Shown: positions 20,218-29,617, counted from the stretch's first letter. The stretch is 64,000 nt of DNA from an uncultured Clostridia bacterium (GCA_944393465.1 CALYAG010000001.1:1709-65708), one strand, 5' to 3'. The notes: generated from the letters alone by a model not told the origin. Numbers and translations: made by a program.

Positions 20218-20367
20218 ATGAATGATGGACTAAATAATTGCTGTTGCAATAATAACAATTGTGGTGGACTTTTTAGGTCAGGAGGTAGCAATTCGGAAAT
20301 ACTACTATTCCTAGTTGTATTTTTACTGCTATTTACAAACTTTGGTTGCTGTGGGTGTGGAAATTAG
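20218..20367 (+). CDS. tiny Cys/Asn-rich membrane protein (YjcZ-like?)
   Basis: A 49-codon ORF not in the supplied track: MNDGLNNCCCNNNNCGGLFRSGGSNSEILLFLVVFLLLFTNFGCCGCGN. It has a GTGAGGA RBS and is followed by the hairpin gtgtgg-aaattagtt-ccacac plus T6. Confidence 0.45.
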   Translation: MNDGLNNCCCNNNNCGGLFRSGGSNSEILLFLVVFLLLFTNFGCCGCGN

Positions 20368-20375
20368 TTCCACAC

Positions 20376-20552
20376 TTTTTTCAGTTGGGGACGGTCCTAA
20401 AACGAAAAAAGTTGCTTAGGCCCAACAATATGTCAATTGGGGACGGTTCTAATTGACAATTTTCGATTTAGGACCGTCCCCAAACGAAAATATTGTCAAA
20501 TGGGACGGCTCTAAATGACAATTTTCATTTTAGGACCGTCCCAAAACGAAAA
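20376..20552. repeat. cluster of GGGGACGGTCCTAAAA.GAAAA palindromic repeat units
   Basis: Six half-sites in alternating orientation: cagttggggacggtcctaaaacgaaaa, caattggggacggttctaattgaca, tttcgatttaggaccgtccccaaacgaaaa, caaatgggacggctctaaatgaca, ttttcattttaggaccgtcccaaaacgaaaa. Confidence 0.9.
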
Positions 20553-20716
20553 AATTAAAACTATTTTTGCAAATCATTTGACAAATGATTTTTGTTATAA
20601 GATAATATAGCTAGACAAAAACTAAAGAGCAAAAAATTCTTTTTTGAGAAATCTTTTTATTTAATTCATTAAGTAAAAATCTCAAAAATGAAAAAATTAC
20701 CAAGGAGGAAAATAAA

Positions 20717-23296
20717 ATGGCTTTTGTATTTAATAAAATCACAGTAAGGCCTCAACTACCAAAGAGAATAGCAAAATTATATGATATATCATATAATTTG
20801 TGGTGGTCATGGAATACAGAATTTTTAAAATTATTTAAAATATTAGACATAGATTTATGGGAAAAAGTAGGAAAAAATCCTGTAAAATTTTTAAGAATGG
20901 TATCACAAGAAAAGCTAGAAGAAGCATCTAAAAATGCAGAGTTCTTAAAAGAATATGATAAAGTTGTTAAAGATTTTGATGATTATATGGAAAGTAAAGA
21001 CACATGGTTTAAAAAGAAATTTCCTGACAACTCAAATGATTTAATAGCTTATTTTTCTGCTGAGTATGGTTTGGATGAGACTATTCCGATTTATTCAGGA
21101 GGACTTGGTATTCTTTCTGGTGATCACATGAAATCTAGCAGTGATATGGGAATTCCTTTAGTTGGAATAGGTTTACTATATAAAAGTGGATATTTCCATC
21201 AAAAAATAAATGGATATGGACAGCAAGAAACTGAATATCATGCAATAGATATTTCAATTTTACCTCTAACACCGGTCAAAGACCATGAAGGAAAAGATTT
21301 GCTAATTTACATAAAGTTTCCTAAAAAGAAAATTTACTTAAAAGCATGGCAAATGAAAGTTGGACGTAATACTTTGTATTTGCTAGATTCGGACATAGAC
21401 GAAAATATTCCGGAATACAGAAATGTAACTTCAACACTTTATGGTGGAGACCAAGAAATGAGAATAATGCAAGAAATAGTTCTTGGCATGGGTGGAGTTA
21501 ACTTACTTTATACCTTAGGACTAAAGCCTACTGTATACCATATGAATGAAGGTCATTCATCGTTTTTGACAATTGAACTTATTAAAAATATGATGAAATA
21601 CAAAGAAGTTTCATTTGATATAGCAAAAGATATAGTATCATCAATGACAATATTTACAACGCATACGCCGGTTCCTGCAGGAAATGACATATTTCCTTTA
21701 AACTTAGTTGAAAAATATTTTAATGGCTTTTGGGACAGACTAGGCCTAACTAAAGAAGAATTCTTTAGGTTAGGTATGGAGCCAAATGCAGACATAAGCA
21801 AGTCAGGCTTTGATATGGGAATATTAGCACTAAAAATTGCAGGAAAGAAAAACGGAGTTAGCAAATTACATGGAGCAGTATCAAGAGAACTATTCTCAAA
21901 GGTTTGGCCAGATATTCCATCAAATGAATCTCCAATAGAGTATGTAACAAATGGCGTACATACTTGCTCATGGCTTGCACCAACAGTAAAAGATTTATAC
22001 AATAAGTATTTGGAGCCATATTGGCAAGACAATATTCAAGATGATAATGTTTGGAAAAATATAGAGAAAATTCCAGATGAAGAACTTTGGAAGGTTCACC
22101 AATCAAGAAAAGAAAAATTGCTAAAAATAGTTAAAAACTCTACAATAGATAGACTTAGAAGATATAACTACTCTTATGAAGACATAGAGCAAATGGTAGG
22201 AAAACTTGATCCAAACATTTTAACTATTGGATTTGCAAGAAGATTTGCAACATACAAAAGAGCAACACTAATTTTTAGAGATTTAGAAAGAGTTACGCAA
22301 ATATTTAATGAAAAAAATATGCCAGTTCAAATAATATTTGCTGGTAAAGCTCATCCAAGTGACAAAGAAGGACAAGACTTAATAAAATTTATACATGACA
22401 TATCTTTAAAGCCACAATTTAAAGGAAAAGTATTTATACTAGAAAATTATAACATAGGAATGTCAAGATACCTAATTTCTGGCGTTGATGTATGGCTAAA
22501 TACACCAAGAAGACCATTAGAAGCATCAGGCACAAGTGGACAAAAGGCAGCAATAAATGGAGTTATAAACTTTAGCGTATTAGATGGTTGGTGGGCAGAA
22601 GGCTATAACCAAAAAAATGGTTGGACAATAGGTTCAAATGCCAAATACCAAAGCTATGATGCTCAAGATGATGCAGATAGTAGGAGTATGTATGATACAT
22701 TAGAAAACAAAATAATTCCAATGTATTATGATAAAAATGAAAAAGGCTATTCAGACACATGGCTTAGAATAATGAAAAATACAATAGAATCAAATGCAGG
22801 AAGATTTAGTACAGCAAGGATGCTTGAAGATTATACTACTAAATTTTATATGCCATTATGTGATTTACATAACAAATATTATACAGACTTGTCAAAAGTT
22901 ACTAGATACAACGAATGGAAAGAAAAGTTATACGCAAACTGGGACGACATAAAAATAAGACAAGATGAAAAAAATTACAATGATATAACTGTAGATGCAG
23001 GAAACAAAATAGAAGTAAGCTGCTATGTAAAATTGCCAAACAACCTATTAAGCATAGAAAACATAGATGCACAAGTATATTATGGCAAAATTACAGATGA
23101 GGGTGTAGTTGATGACATAAGCATAATGCCTATGAAGTTAGTAGAAGAAGACGAAATAAATTTGGAATACAAATTTACTGCTAAAATAGAGCTAAAATCT
23201 GGCGGAGACTATGGTTACACATTTAGAGTTATTCCAAAAAATAAAATGATATTAAATCCAATGAATTTAAACTTAATAAAATGGATAACTGAGTAA
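20717..23296 (+). CDS. glgP: alpha-glucan (glycogen/maltodextrin) phosphorylase, GT35
   Basis: 859 aa. The architecture matches the bacterial alpha-glucan phosphorylase family. EASGTSGQKAAINGV (PLP-lysine region) and FARRFATYKR are present. Confidence 0.9.
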   Translation: MAFVFNKITVRPQLPKRIAKLYDISYNLWWSWNTEFLKLFKILDIDLWEKVGKNPVKFLRMVSQEKLEEASKNAEFLKEYDKVVKDFDDYMESKDTWFKKKFPDNSNDLIAYFSAEYGLDETIPIYSGGLGILSGDHMKSSSDMGIPLVGIGLLYKSGYFHQKINGYGQQETEYHAIDISILPLTPVKDHEGKDLLIYIKFPKKKIYLKAWQMKVGRNTLYLLDSDIDENIPEYRNVTSTLYGGDQEMRIMQEIVLGMGGVNLLYTLGLKPTVYHMNEGHSSFLTIELIKNMMKYKEVSFDIAKDIVSSMTIFTTHTPVPAGNDIFPLNLVEKYFNGFWDRLGLTKEEFFRLGMEPNADISKSGFDMGILALKIAGKKNGVSKLHGAVSRELFSKVWPDIPSNESPIEYVTNGVHTCSWLAPTVKDLYNKYLEPYWQDNIQDDNVWKNIEKIPDEELWKVHQSRKEKLLKIVKNSTIDRLRRYNYSYEDIEQMVGKLDPNILTIGFARRFATYKRATLIFRDLERVTQIFNEKNMPVQIIFAGKAHPSDKEGQDLIKFIHDISLKPQFKGKVFILENYNIGMSRYLISGVDVWLNTPRRPLEASGTSGQKAAINGVINFSVLDGWWAEGYNQKNGWTIGSNAKYQSYDAQDDADSRSMYDTLENKIIPMYYDKNEKGYSDTWLRIMKNTIESNAGRFSTARMLEDYTTKFYMPLCDLHNKYYTDLSKVTRYNEWKEKLYANWDDIKIRQDEKNYNDITVDAGNKIEVSCYVKLPNNLLSIENIDAQVYYGKITDEGVVDDISIMPMKLVEEDEINLEYKFTAKIELKSGGDYGYTFRVIPKNKMILNPMNLNLIKWITE

Positions 23297-23313
23297 AAGG
23301 GCATAGCCCTTTT
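23296..23313 (+). terminator. terminator hairpin after glgP
   Basis: aaagggc-ata-gcccttt followed by T-rich sequence. Confidence 0.6.
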
Positions 23314-23518
23314 TCAGTTTGCATTTTTTAGTTTGCTTTTTCAGTTTGCCTTTTTCAGTTTGCCTTTTTCAGTTGGCCTTTTTCAGTTGGGGACGGTCCT
23401 AAAATGAAAAAAATACAATATTTTCGTTTTAGGTCTGTCCCAAATTGAAAATTTTTTCATTTTAGGACCGTCCCCAACTGAAAATTTTCATTTTAGGACC
23501 GTCCCCAACTGAAAAAAT
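23310..23518. repeat. reiterated TTTTTCAGTTTGCC 13-14-mers merging into three GGACCGTCCCC palindromic units
   Basis: ttttcagtttgc appears about 5 times and decays into tttttcagttggggacggtcctaaaatgaaaa. Then come ttttcgttttaggtctgtcccaaattgaaaa and two copies of ttttcattttaggaccgtccccaactgaaaa. Confidence 0.9.
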
Positions 23519-23604
23519 CCCGAAAAAATGTAATAAAATGGTTGAACTTGGGGAAGAATAGTGATATAATTATTACGCTAAAAATTATGAAAGGAAGTAA
23601 TAAA

Positions 23605-25047
23605 ATGAAAGAAGTAATTAGAAAAACAAAAATCATTGGTACAATAGGACCAGCAAGTGAGAGCGAAGAGATGCTTACAAAATTAATGAATGCAGGCTTA
23701 AATGTATGCAGAATTAATTTTTCACATGGTGGATATGAAGAAAATGCAGAAAAAATCGCAACAATTAAAAGATGCAGAGACAAATTAGGACTACCTATAG
23801 CAATGGCTCTTGATACAAAAGGACCAGAAATAAGAACAGGTAAACTAGAATCAGGAGATGAAAAAGTTACAATTACAGAAGGACAAGAATTTACTTTTGT
23901 TCATGATGACATAATTGGAAACAATACAAAAACAACATTAAGTTACAAAGATTTATACAAAGATGTTAAACCAGGTTCAACAATATTAGTTGATGATGGT
24001 GCAATAGAATTCAAAGTAAAAGAAATAAAAGGACAAGATATTGTTTGTATAGCACAAAACACAGGTAGATTAGGTTCAAGAAAAACAATGAATATACCTG
24101 ATGCAATAGTTGAATTACCAGCATTAGGTGCAAAAGATATAGATGACATCACAAAAGGTGTAAAAGCAGGATTTGATTATATATTTGCTTCATTTGTAAG
24201 AAGAGCAGATGATGTTAAACAAATAAGAAAACTATTAGATGATAATGGTGGACAAGAAATAGGAATTATATCAAAAATTGAAAGCCAAGAAGGTATAGAT
24301 AACTTCGAAGACATCTTAGCTTTATCTGATGGTATAATGGTTGCTCGTGGAGATATGGGCGTTGAAATACCAATGGAACAAGTTCCTATAGTTCAAAAAC
24401 ATATCATTAAGAGATGTAACGAAGTTGGAAAACCAGTTATCACAGCAACACAAATGTTAGAATCAATGACATCAAACCCAAGACCAACAAGAGCAGAAGT
24501 ATCAGATGTTGCAAATGCTGTATATGATTTAACAGGATGCATCATGCTTTCTGGAGAATGTGCAATGGGTAAATATCCAGTTGAATGTGTTGAAGCAATG
24601 AACAAAATTTCAAGAGCAATTGAAGGTCACATTAATTACTGGAAGAGATTTAACAACAAAGGTTGCATTGTAGATAAAAACGATTTAAAAGCTAACACAG
24701 CTTACTCAGCATGTGTAACAGCAAAAGATATTGAAGCAAATGCAATAGTTGCTTATACTCATACAGGAGATACAGCAAATATTTTAGCAGGATTAAAACC
24801 AGCTTGCCCAGTATTAGCAATTACAGATAATTTAAAAACATATCATAAATTATCATTAACAGCTAACACATATCCAATCTATATTGAAGCTCAAAAAGAC
24901 ATAGATTGCACAGTTGAAAAAGGTATTCTTGAACTAGAAAATAGAGGAATACTAGAAAAAGGTGATAAAATAATCATTGCTGGCGGAAACAAAATACTTC
25001 CATTAGAAAAAGAAAGCCAAGTAATTGGTGGAATAATGAAAATTTAA
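23605..25047 (+). CDS. pyk: pyruvate kinase
   Basis: Begins MKEVIRKTKIIGTIGPAS, with NFSHG, MVARGDMGVEIP and TQMLESM. The ATG at 23605 has an AAAGGAAG RBS; the track ORF starts further upstream at 23542. Confidence 0.95.
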   Translation: MKEVIRKTKIIGTIGPASESEEMLTKLMNAGLNVCRINFSHGGYEENAEKIATIKRCRDKLGLPIAMALDTKGPEIRTGKLESGDEKVTITEGQEFTFVHDDIIGNNTKTTLSYKDLYKDVKPGSTILVDDGAIEFKVKEIKGQDIVCIAQNTGRLGSRKTMNIPDAIVELPALGAKDIDDITKGVKAGFDYIFASFVRRADDVKQIRKLLDDNGGQEIGIISKIESQEGIDNFEDILALSDGIMVARGDMGVEIPMEQVPIVQKHIIKRCNEVGKPVITATQMLESMTSNPRPTRAEVSDVANAVYDLTGCIMLSGECAMGKYPVECVEAMNKISRAIEGHINYWKRFNNKGCIVDKNDLKANTAYSACVTAKDIEANAIVAYTHTGDTANILAGLKPACPVLAITDNLKTYHKLSLTANTYPIYIEAQKDIDCTVEKGILELENRGILEKGDKIIIAGGNKILPLEKESQVIGGIMKI

Positions 25048-25287
25048 TCTATTATAATAGTTTATTTATTAACTAAACTTTGTTTTAAAAAATGAATTTT
25101 TATATTCAATAAAAAGGACTCTAAATGTGTGTTAAACCAAAAGTAGTAAATGGCTGCTCACATTCATAGAGTCCTTTTTGTTTTGCAGCATTAAAAATAC
25201 AAATAAACTATAAAATAGACGAAAAAACTGTTGAAAAAAATGTCAAAATATGTAAGAATATAAAGAGTGAAAGAAAAGGGGGTAAAT

Positions 25288-25989
25288 ATGGAAAATACGA
25301 AAACAGCAACAAAAACAAAAACAAAAGCAAAAACAACAACTGAAACTAAAACTAAAAGAAAGACTAGAGTTAGTAAAACAAAAAAGAAGGACGGGCTTGA
25401 TATTAAGGTAAAGCTAGAAGATGACAGAATTATTAAATCATTGATTGCAGAATCAACATTTATAAATGAGACACAATTAAACGAGAAAATGATAAATGAT
25501 TTTTATAAGTTTTATAAAAGAAAAATAAAAAGGTCGGATTTTTATTCTTTAATTTTTTGCAGTTTAATACTTATAGCTATAGGTATAAACTTTTTAATAG
25601 AAGGTTCAGAATTCTTTTTTGGAATTATAGTAAATATTGTAATTAGTGGCTTTTTAATTGCATTAGGAATTTATTTATTGGTTTATGATTTTAAGTATCA
25701 AAAGTATAACAAAAAAGAAAGTAAAAAAATCTATGATGATGACATCTCAAAATTTGTCGATAGTTATTATTTTAATGATGAAAGAGTAGTAATAAAAAAC
25801 AAAATTGGCACAACAGAAAGAACATATGAAAGACTTAACTCTGTTTTTGAAACTAAAAATTTTTATTATATACTTGTTACAGAAAATAGTGGCTTTGTTA
25901 TGAAAAAAGACTCCTTTACAAAAGGAAATGAAAAAGATTTTCATAATTTTATAAAAGCGAAAATGGGAAAAAGTTTTAAAAAAAGATAG
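25288..25989 (+). CDS. hypothetical membrane protein (YcxB-like?)
   Basis: A K/T-rich N-terminus, two TM helices and a C-terminal domain ...FYYILVTENSGFVMKKDSF. The ATG at 25288 follows an AAGGGGG RBS. Confidence 0.45.
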   Translation: MENTKTATKTKTKAKTTTETKTKRKTRVSKTKKKDGLDIKVKLEDDRIIKSLIAESTFINETQLNEKMINDFYKFYKRKIKRSDFYSLIFCSLILIAIGINFLIEGSEFFFGIIVNIVISGFLIALGIYLLVYDFKYQKYNKKESKKIYDDDISKFVDSYYFNDERVVIKNKIGTTERTYERLNSVFETKNFYYILVTENSGFVMKKDSFTKGNEKDFHNFIKAKMGKSFKKR

Positions 25990-25996
25990 AATTAAA

Positions 25997-26068
25997 AAGG
26001 AACGATTCTAAATAACACATATTTTATTTAAAAAGCCAAAGCAATTTGTTTATTTAGAATCGTTCCTT
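25997..26068. repeat. degenerate member of the palindromic repeat family
   Basis: aaggaacgattctaaataa ... aaaagccaaagcaat ... ttatttagaatcgttcctt. It shares the ttgctttggctttt linker with the element at 54.9 kb but lacks the GC core. Confidence 0.6.
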
Positions 26069-26668
26069 ATTTTGTCTAAGCATTTAAATAAAACTTCTTC
26101 TAAATGAGTAGTATCTACAACAGATTCAATGCAAGCATTAAGCATATCTTTAGGCTTAACATTTTTTATATCTAAACTATATCCGATTTACATAAGCAAG
26201 ATGTCTAATAAATTCTCTAATTGTTCTGCCATTACCTTCTCTAAAGGGGTGAAGAACATTAAGCTCAGACATATAATAAGCTAATTTTTTTGCCATTTCT
26301 TCTTTTGATAAATTTTTCAAATTGTCTTTAGATAATTTATCAAGAAGCTTTCTAAGCTCATCTTCTATATATTCCCATTTAGCAAAACGAAAAGACCCTT
26401 TGGCAATATCCTCAGACCTTATTTTTCCAGCAAAAGGGTAAATGTCTTCAAACAAAAATTTATGTATTGACAAAAAATGATGAATATCAAAATTACCAAT
26501 ATTTTTGTTTTGCCTAAGTGTATATAATTTTAATAAAACTAGCTTCCTTTCAACAGTTGCTAGTTTTTTGTTATCATGTATATTTAGTTTATTTACAAGT
26601 ACATCACTATTTGGATAGCAGTAAATTGAGTTAACAGCCTCATATAATTCAAACATTTTAGCTTCCAC
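26050..26668 (-). pseudogene. fic: Fic/DOC family protein, +1 frameshift at 26183-26186
   Basis: The HPFREGNGRTIREF Fic motif is present. The ORF stops at ...LAYVNRI, but the +1 frame continues for 44 codons from aat-C-gga (GYSLDIKNVKPKDMLNACIESVVDTTHLEEVLFKCLDKIRNDSK) to a TAA at 26050-26052. That gives a normal Fic length of about 205 aa. Confidence 0.75.
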
Positions 26669-26731
26669 CTTTCATTTGTTTTAAAAGTTATATAAATTTG
26701 GTTTGCAAAATTAAATTTAACAAACCAAAAA

Positions 26732-26902
26732 TTAATTTAAGTTTCCTTTTATAATACTATTTATCGCTTCATTTAAAGTAATTTCATTAGTTGAATACTT
26801 TTTTAGCATATTAACATCTTCATCAGTAACAAACATATCCTCAATAGCTAAATCATTTTTTAAATTTTCTATATCTAAATTAAATTTTTCTTCAAAATTC
26901 AT
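26732..26902 (-). CDS. small antitoxin-like protein upstream of fic (VbhA-like?)
   Basis: 56-62 aa, directly upstream of and co-oriented with fic. The segment NDLAIEDMFVTDEDVNMLKKY resembles the VbhA-type helix, but the canonical S/T-x-x-x-E-G/N inhibitory motif is not exact. Confidence 0.4.
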   Translation of the reverse strand: MNFEEKFNLDIENLKNDLAIEDMFVTDEDVNMLKKYSTNEITLNEAINSIIKGNLN

Positions 26903-27101
26903 AAAAATAAATCCTTTCATAAATTTATTAAATAAAATTATGTATAAAATGTAGGTAATTAAATTATAAAAATTTTAACAATCACCACAATATTATTATA
27001 CCATATTTTGAAGTAAAATGCAAATTGGAGGCTTACACCTCCAATTTTTTTAGACTATTTAGATTAATTATTTGTCTTAATTTTTTAATTAAATTTCCAA
27101 G

Positions 27102-27729
27102 CTAGCATTGGCAATCATTATTATTGTTGTTATTCCAATTACAATTGCCCATTGCAAACATTCTTTTTTCTGCAAGTTTGTCTTGAACACCACGAAGTGC
27201 TTCACCAAATCTTTGGAAGTGAACGATTTCTCTTTCTCTTAAAAATCTTAATGGGTCAACAACATCAGGATTATCTTTACATAAGTCAATTAGCTTTTCG
27301 TATGTGGCTCTGGCTTTTTGTTCAGCCGCCAAATCTTCCTGCAAATTAGCTATAGGGTCACCTTTGCAAGCTATTGCATTTGCACTAAAAGGAAAACCAC
27401 CAGCTGATTGTGGATATACATCTAAGCCATGGTCAGTATAATATGCACCAAGTCCTGCTTTTTCAGCTTCTTCTGCAGTAATGCCTTTAGTTAATTGATG
27501 AACTATTGAGCCTACCATTTCAAGGTGTCCGAAGTTCCTCAGTACCTACGTCATTTAAGATTGCTTTTGACTTTTGGTCAGGCATTCCAAAACGCTGACT
27601 TAAATATCTTAAAGAAGCTCCAAGTTCTCCATCTGGTCCACCATATTGAGAAATTATAAATTTTGCAAGTCGTGGGTCTGGATTTTTTATTTTTATTGGA
27701 TATTGAAGTGTTTTATTATAACTCCACAT
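27102..27729 (-). pseudogene. cotJC: spore coat protein CotJC (Mn-catalase-like), +1 frameshift at 27529-27531
   Basis: Two abutting ORFs: ...NDVGTEELRTP* and MVGSIVHQLT.... Skipping the C of ctt-C-gga-cac-ctt-gaa-atg restores GTEELGHLEMVGS, the E-x-x-H metal-binding motif. The C-terminus is GNCNWNNNNNNDCQC. Confidence 0.85.
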
Positions 27730-28037
27730 TAGAAATTACCTCCTTCCCAAGGCCAAGGTTGTTCTAGCCATCTCCATTTATTACATGGGTAAAATATTGA
27801 TAGTGGTCCGTATTTCTTTTGATATCTTTCTACAGCTTCTTTGTAGCATTTACAATATTCTTTGTGCAAAGCTAGAGCTCTTGTATCATCTGGATGTGTA
27901 TCTAAATATAAACCAAGTTCAACAATTGCAAAGTTAAAGCCTCTTACGTCATTCATCATTTCTTCTCTTGTAGGGCATTTTGAGTTTTCTTTACAAGTAC
28001 AATTGCAAGAACAAGTATTATTATTATTGCATTCCAC
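27729..28037 (-). CDS. cotJB: spore coat protein CotJB
   Basis: Contains FAIVELGLYLDTHPDD..AL..H.....Y......Y...YGPL. It has an N-terminal Cys/Asn-rich extension, MECNNNNTCSCNCTCKENSKC. Confidence 0.85.
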   Translation of the reverse strand: MECNNNNTCSCNCTCKENSKCPTREEMMNDVRGFNFAIVELGLYLDTHPDDTRALALHKEYCKCYKEAVERYQKKYGPLSIFYPCNKWRWLEQPWPWEGGNF

Positions 28038-28347
28038 TATTACATCCCTCCTTAATTTCGTTTGAACATCTTAAAAATTGATCTTCTTCTAAACTTTGAC
28101 CAGGGGCATAAGGGCTTACAAGTTCAGGAAATATAGTTCCCATTTTAAGTCCTGTGCATGGTTTAAAAGTAGTTGTCATTCTTTGAATTGGAACATAGCT
28201 TTGACCAAACATATAGTTTTCAGGAAAAACTGATTCTTCATTAAATCCACATTCACAATCATCATCATTTGGCATATTATTGCACATCATTCTTGTATCT
28301 ATCATGTTAGAATTATTATTCATGCAGTTATTTCTACATCTACACAT
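28024..28347 (-). CDS. cotJA: spore coat-associated protein CotJA
   Basis: Contains FGQSYVPIQ......F.P..GL..GTIFPEL..PY. The N-terminus is MCRCRNNCMNNNSNM... Confidence 0.8.
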   Translation of the reverse strand: MCRCRNNCMNNNSNMIDTRMMCNNMPNDDDCECGFNEESVFPENYMFGQSYVPIQRMTTTFKPCTGLKMGTIFPELVSPYAPGQSLEEDQFLRCSNEIKEGCNSGMQ

Positions 28348-28524
28348 AAATTCAAACCTCCTTACTAAACATAATATGAAGTAAACATAACCAAGGTTAC
28401 AATTAACATAAAAAATAATTGGGCATATTATATATTAAATGTTATTTACGCAAACGAAAGGGCTTAAGATGCATAAAGTGGCTTAATGGTAGTAATTTTA
28501 AGCTGACATAATGGGGGTGAAGAT

Positions 28525-28674
28525 TTGAAAAAAATACATAAAAGAAAAAAGCCAATTTTTCAATATTCTAAACTTAAAAATAATATACTTATTTGTTTTT
28601 TGATGGCAATAATAATTGTTCTGTTTATTGTTTTCTTAAATTTACTTTTTAATAATTATTTTTATGTAATTTGA
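28525..28674 (+). CDS. possible 49-aa single-TM peptide
   Basis: TTG start 5 nt after GGGGGTGA. Sequence MKKIHKRKKPIFQYSKLKNNILICFLMAIIIVLFIVFLNLLFNNYFYVI. Weak call. Confidence 0.2.
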   Translation: MKKIHKRKKPIFQYSKLKNNILICFLMAIIIVLFIVFLNLLFNNYFYVI

Positions 28675-28716
28675 AATGTAAGTAGTCTTAAAAATTATCT
28701 CAAGATTTGTTGCTAT

Positions 28717-28778
28717 AAATAAATAGCATAGTATATAATAATACTTGAAATAAATAGCATAGTATATAATAATACTTG
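28717..28778 (+). repeat. perfect 31-bp tandem duplication containing a TATATAAT box
   Basis: aaataaatagcatagtatataataatacttg occurs twice (28717-28747 and 28748-28778), upstream of the flavodoxin-like gene. Confidence 0.95.
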
Positions 28779-28827
28779 CAGAAAATTTTAATATAATTAT
28801 AATAAATTATTTTTTGAGGAGGAAGTT

Positions 28828-29448
28828 ATGAAAGAATTATTAGTAAATGGGGGACCACACGAAAAAGGTTGTACATATACAGCATTAGAAGAGGTAGCAA
28901 AAACTTTACAAAAAAATGGAATAGAAACAGAAATAATTTGGCTTGGTGTGCAACCAATTGCTGGATGCATAGGATGTAATGCCTGTTTAAAAACAGGAAA
29001 ATGTTTTAGAAATGACATTGTAAATGAATTCATAGAAAAATCAAAAACAGCTGATGGATTTGTATTTGGTACTCCAGTCCATTTTGCATCTATGTCAGGA
29101 GCATTAACATCATTTATGGATAGAGTATTTTATGGCAGAGGAGATTTGTTCAAAAATAAGCCAGCCTGCGGTGTTGTAAGTTGTAGAAGAGGCGGAGCAA
29201 GTGCTACTTTTGACCAATTAAATAAATATTTTTCAATTAGCAATATGCCAATTGTAACATCACAATATTGGAACCAAGTACATGGTAATACACCAGATGA
29301 GGTAAGAAAAGATGAAGAAGGAATACAAATAATGAGAACTCTTGGAAACAACATGGCATGGCTATTAAAGTGTATTGATGTGGCTAAAAAGAATGGAGTG
29401 GAATACCCACAAAATGAAAGCCCTATTAAGACAAATTTTATAAGATAA
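28828..29448 (+). CDS. flavodoxin-like NAD(P)H-dependent FMN reductase family protein
   Basis: 206 aa. Contains LLVNGGPHEKG.T, a Cys cluster CIGCNACLKTGKC, and GTPVHF.SMSG. Confidence 0.7.
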   Translation: MKELLVNGGPHEKGCTYTALEEVAKTLQKNGIETEIIWLGVQPIAGCIGCNACLKTGKCFRNDIVNEFIEKSKTADGFVFGTPVHFASMSGALTSFMDRVFYGRGDLFKNKPACGVVSCRRGGASATFDQLNKYFSISNMPIVTSQYWNQVHGNTPDEVRKDEEGIQIMRTLGNNMAWLLKCIDVAKKNGVEYPQNESPIKTNFIR

Positions 29449-29463
29449 TAAGTCACTAGATAG

Positions 29464-29617
29464 TTCTGCTTGACACGATTAATTTATACTTTATTCGCCA
29501 AACAATATATCTATTTTCACATTCTCGGCGCGGGTCGCTGCTTGCTCCAGCTTGAGAATGAAAAATAGACATATTGCTTTGGCTTTTAAATATAAAAAAG
29601 TATGTGTCAAACAGAAC
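29464..29617. repeat. GC-core palindromic element (87-nt core 29497-29583) inside an outer inverted repeat
   Basis: The core gccaaacaatatatctattttcacattctc-GGCGCGGGTCGCTGCTTGCTCCAGCTT-gagaatgaaaaatagacatattgctttggc matches 54902-54988 at 86/87 positions. The outer inverted repeat is gttctgcttgacac / gtgtcaaacagaac. Confidence 0.9.
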
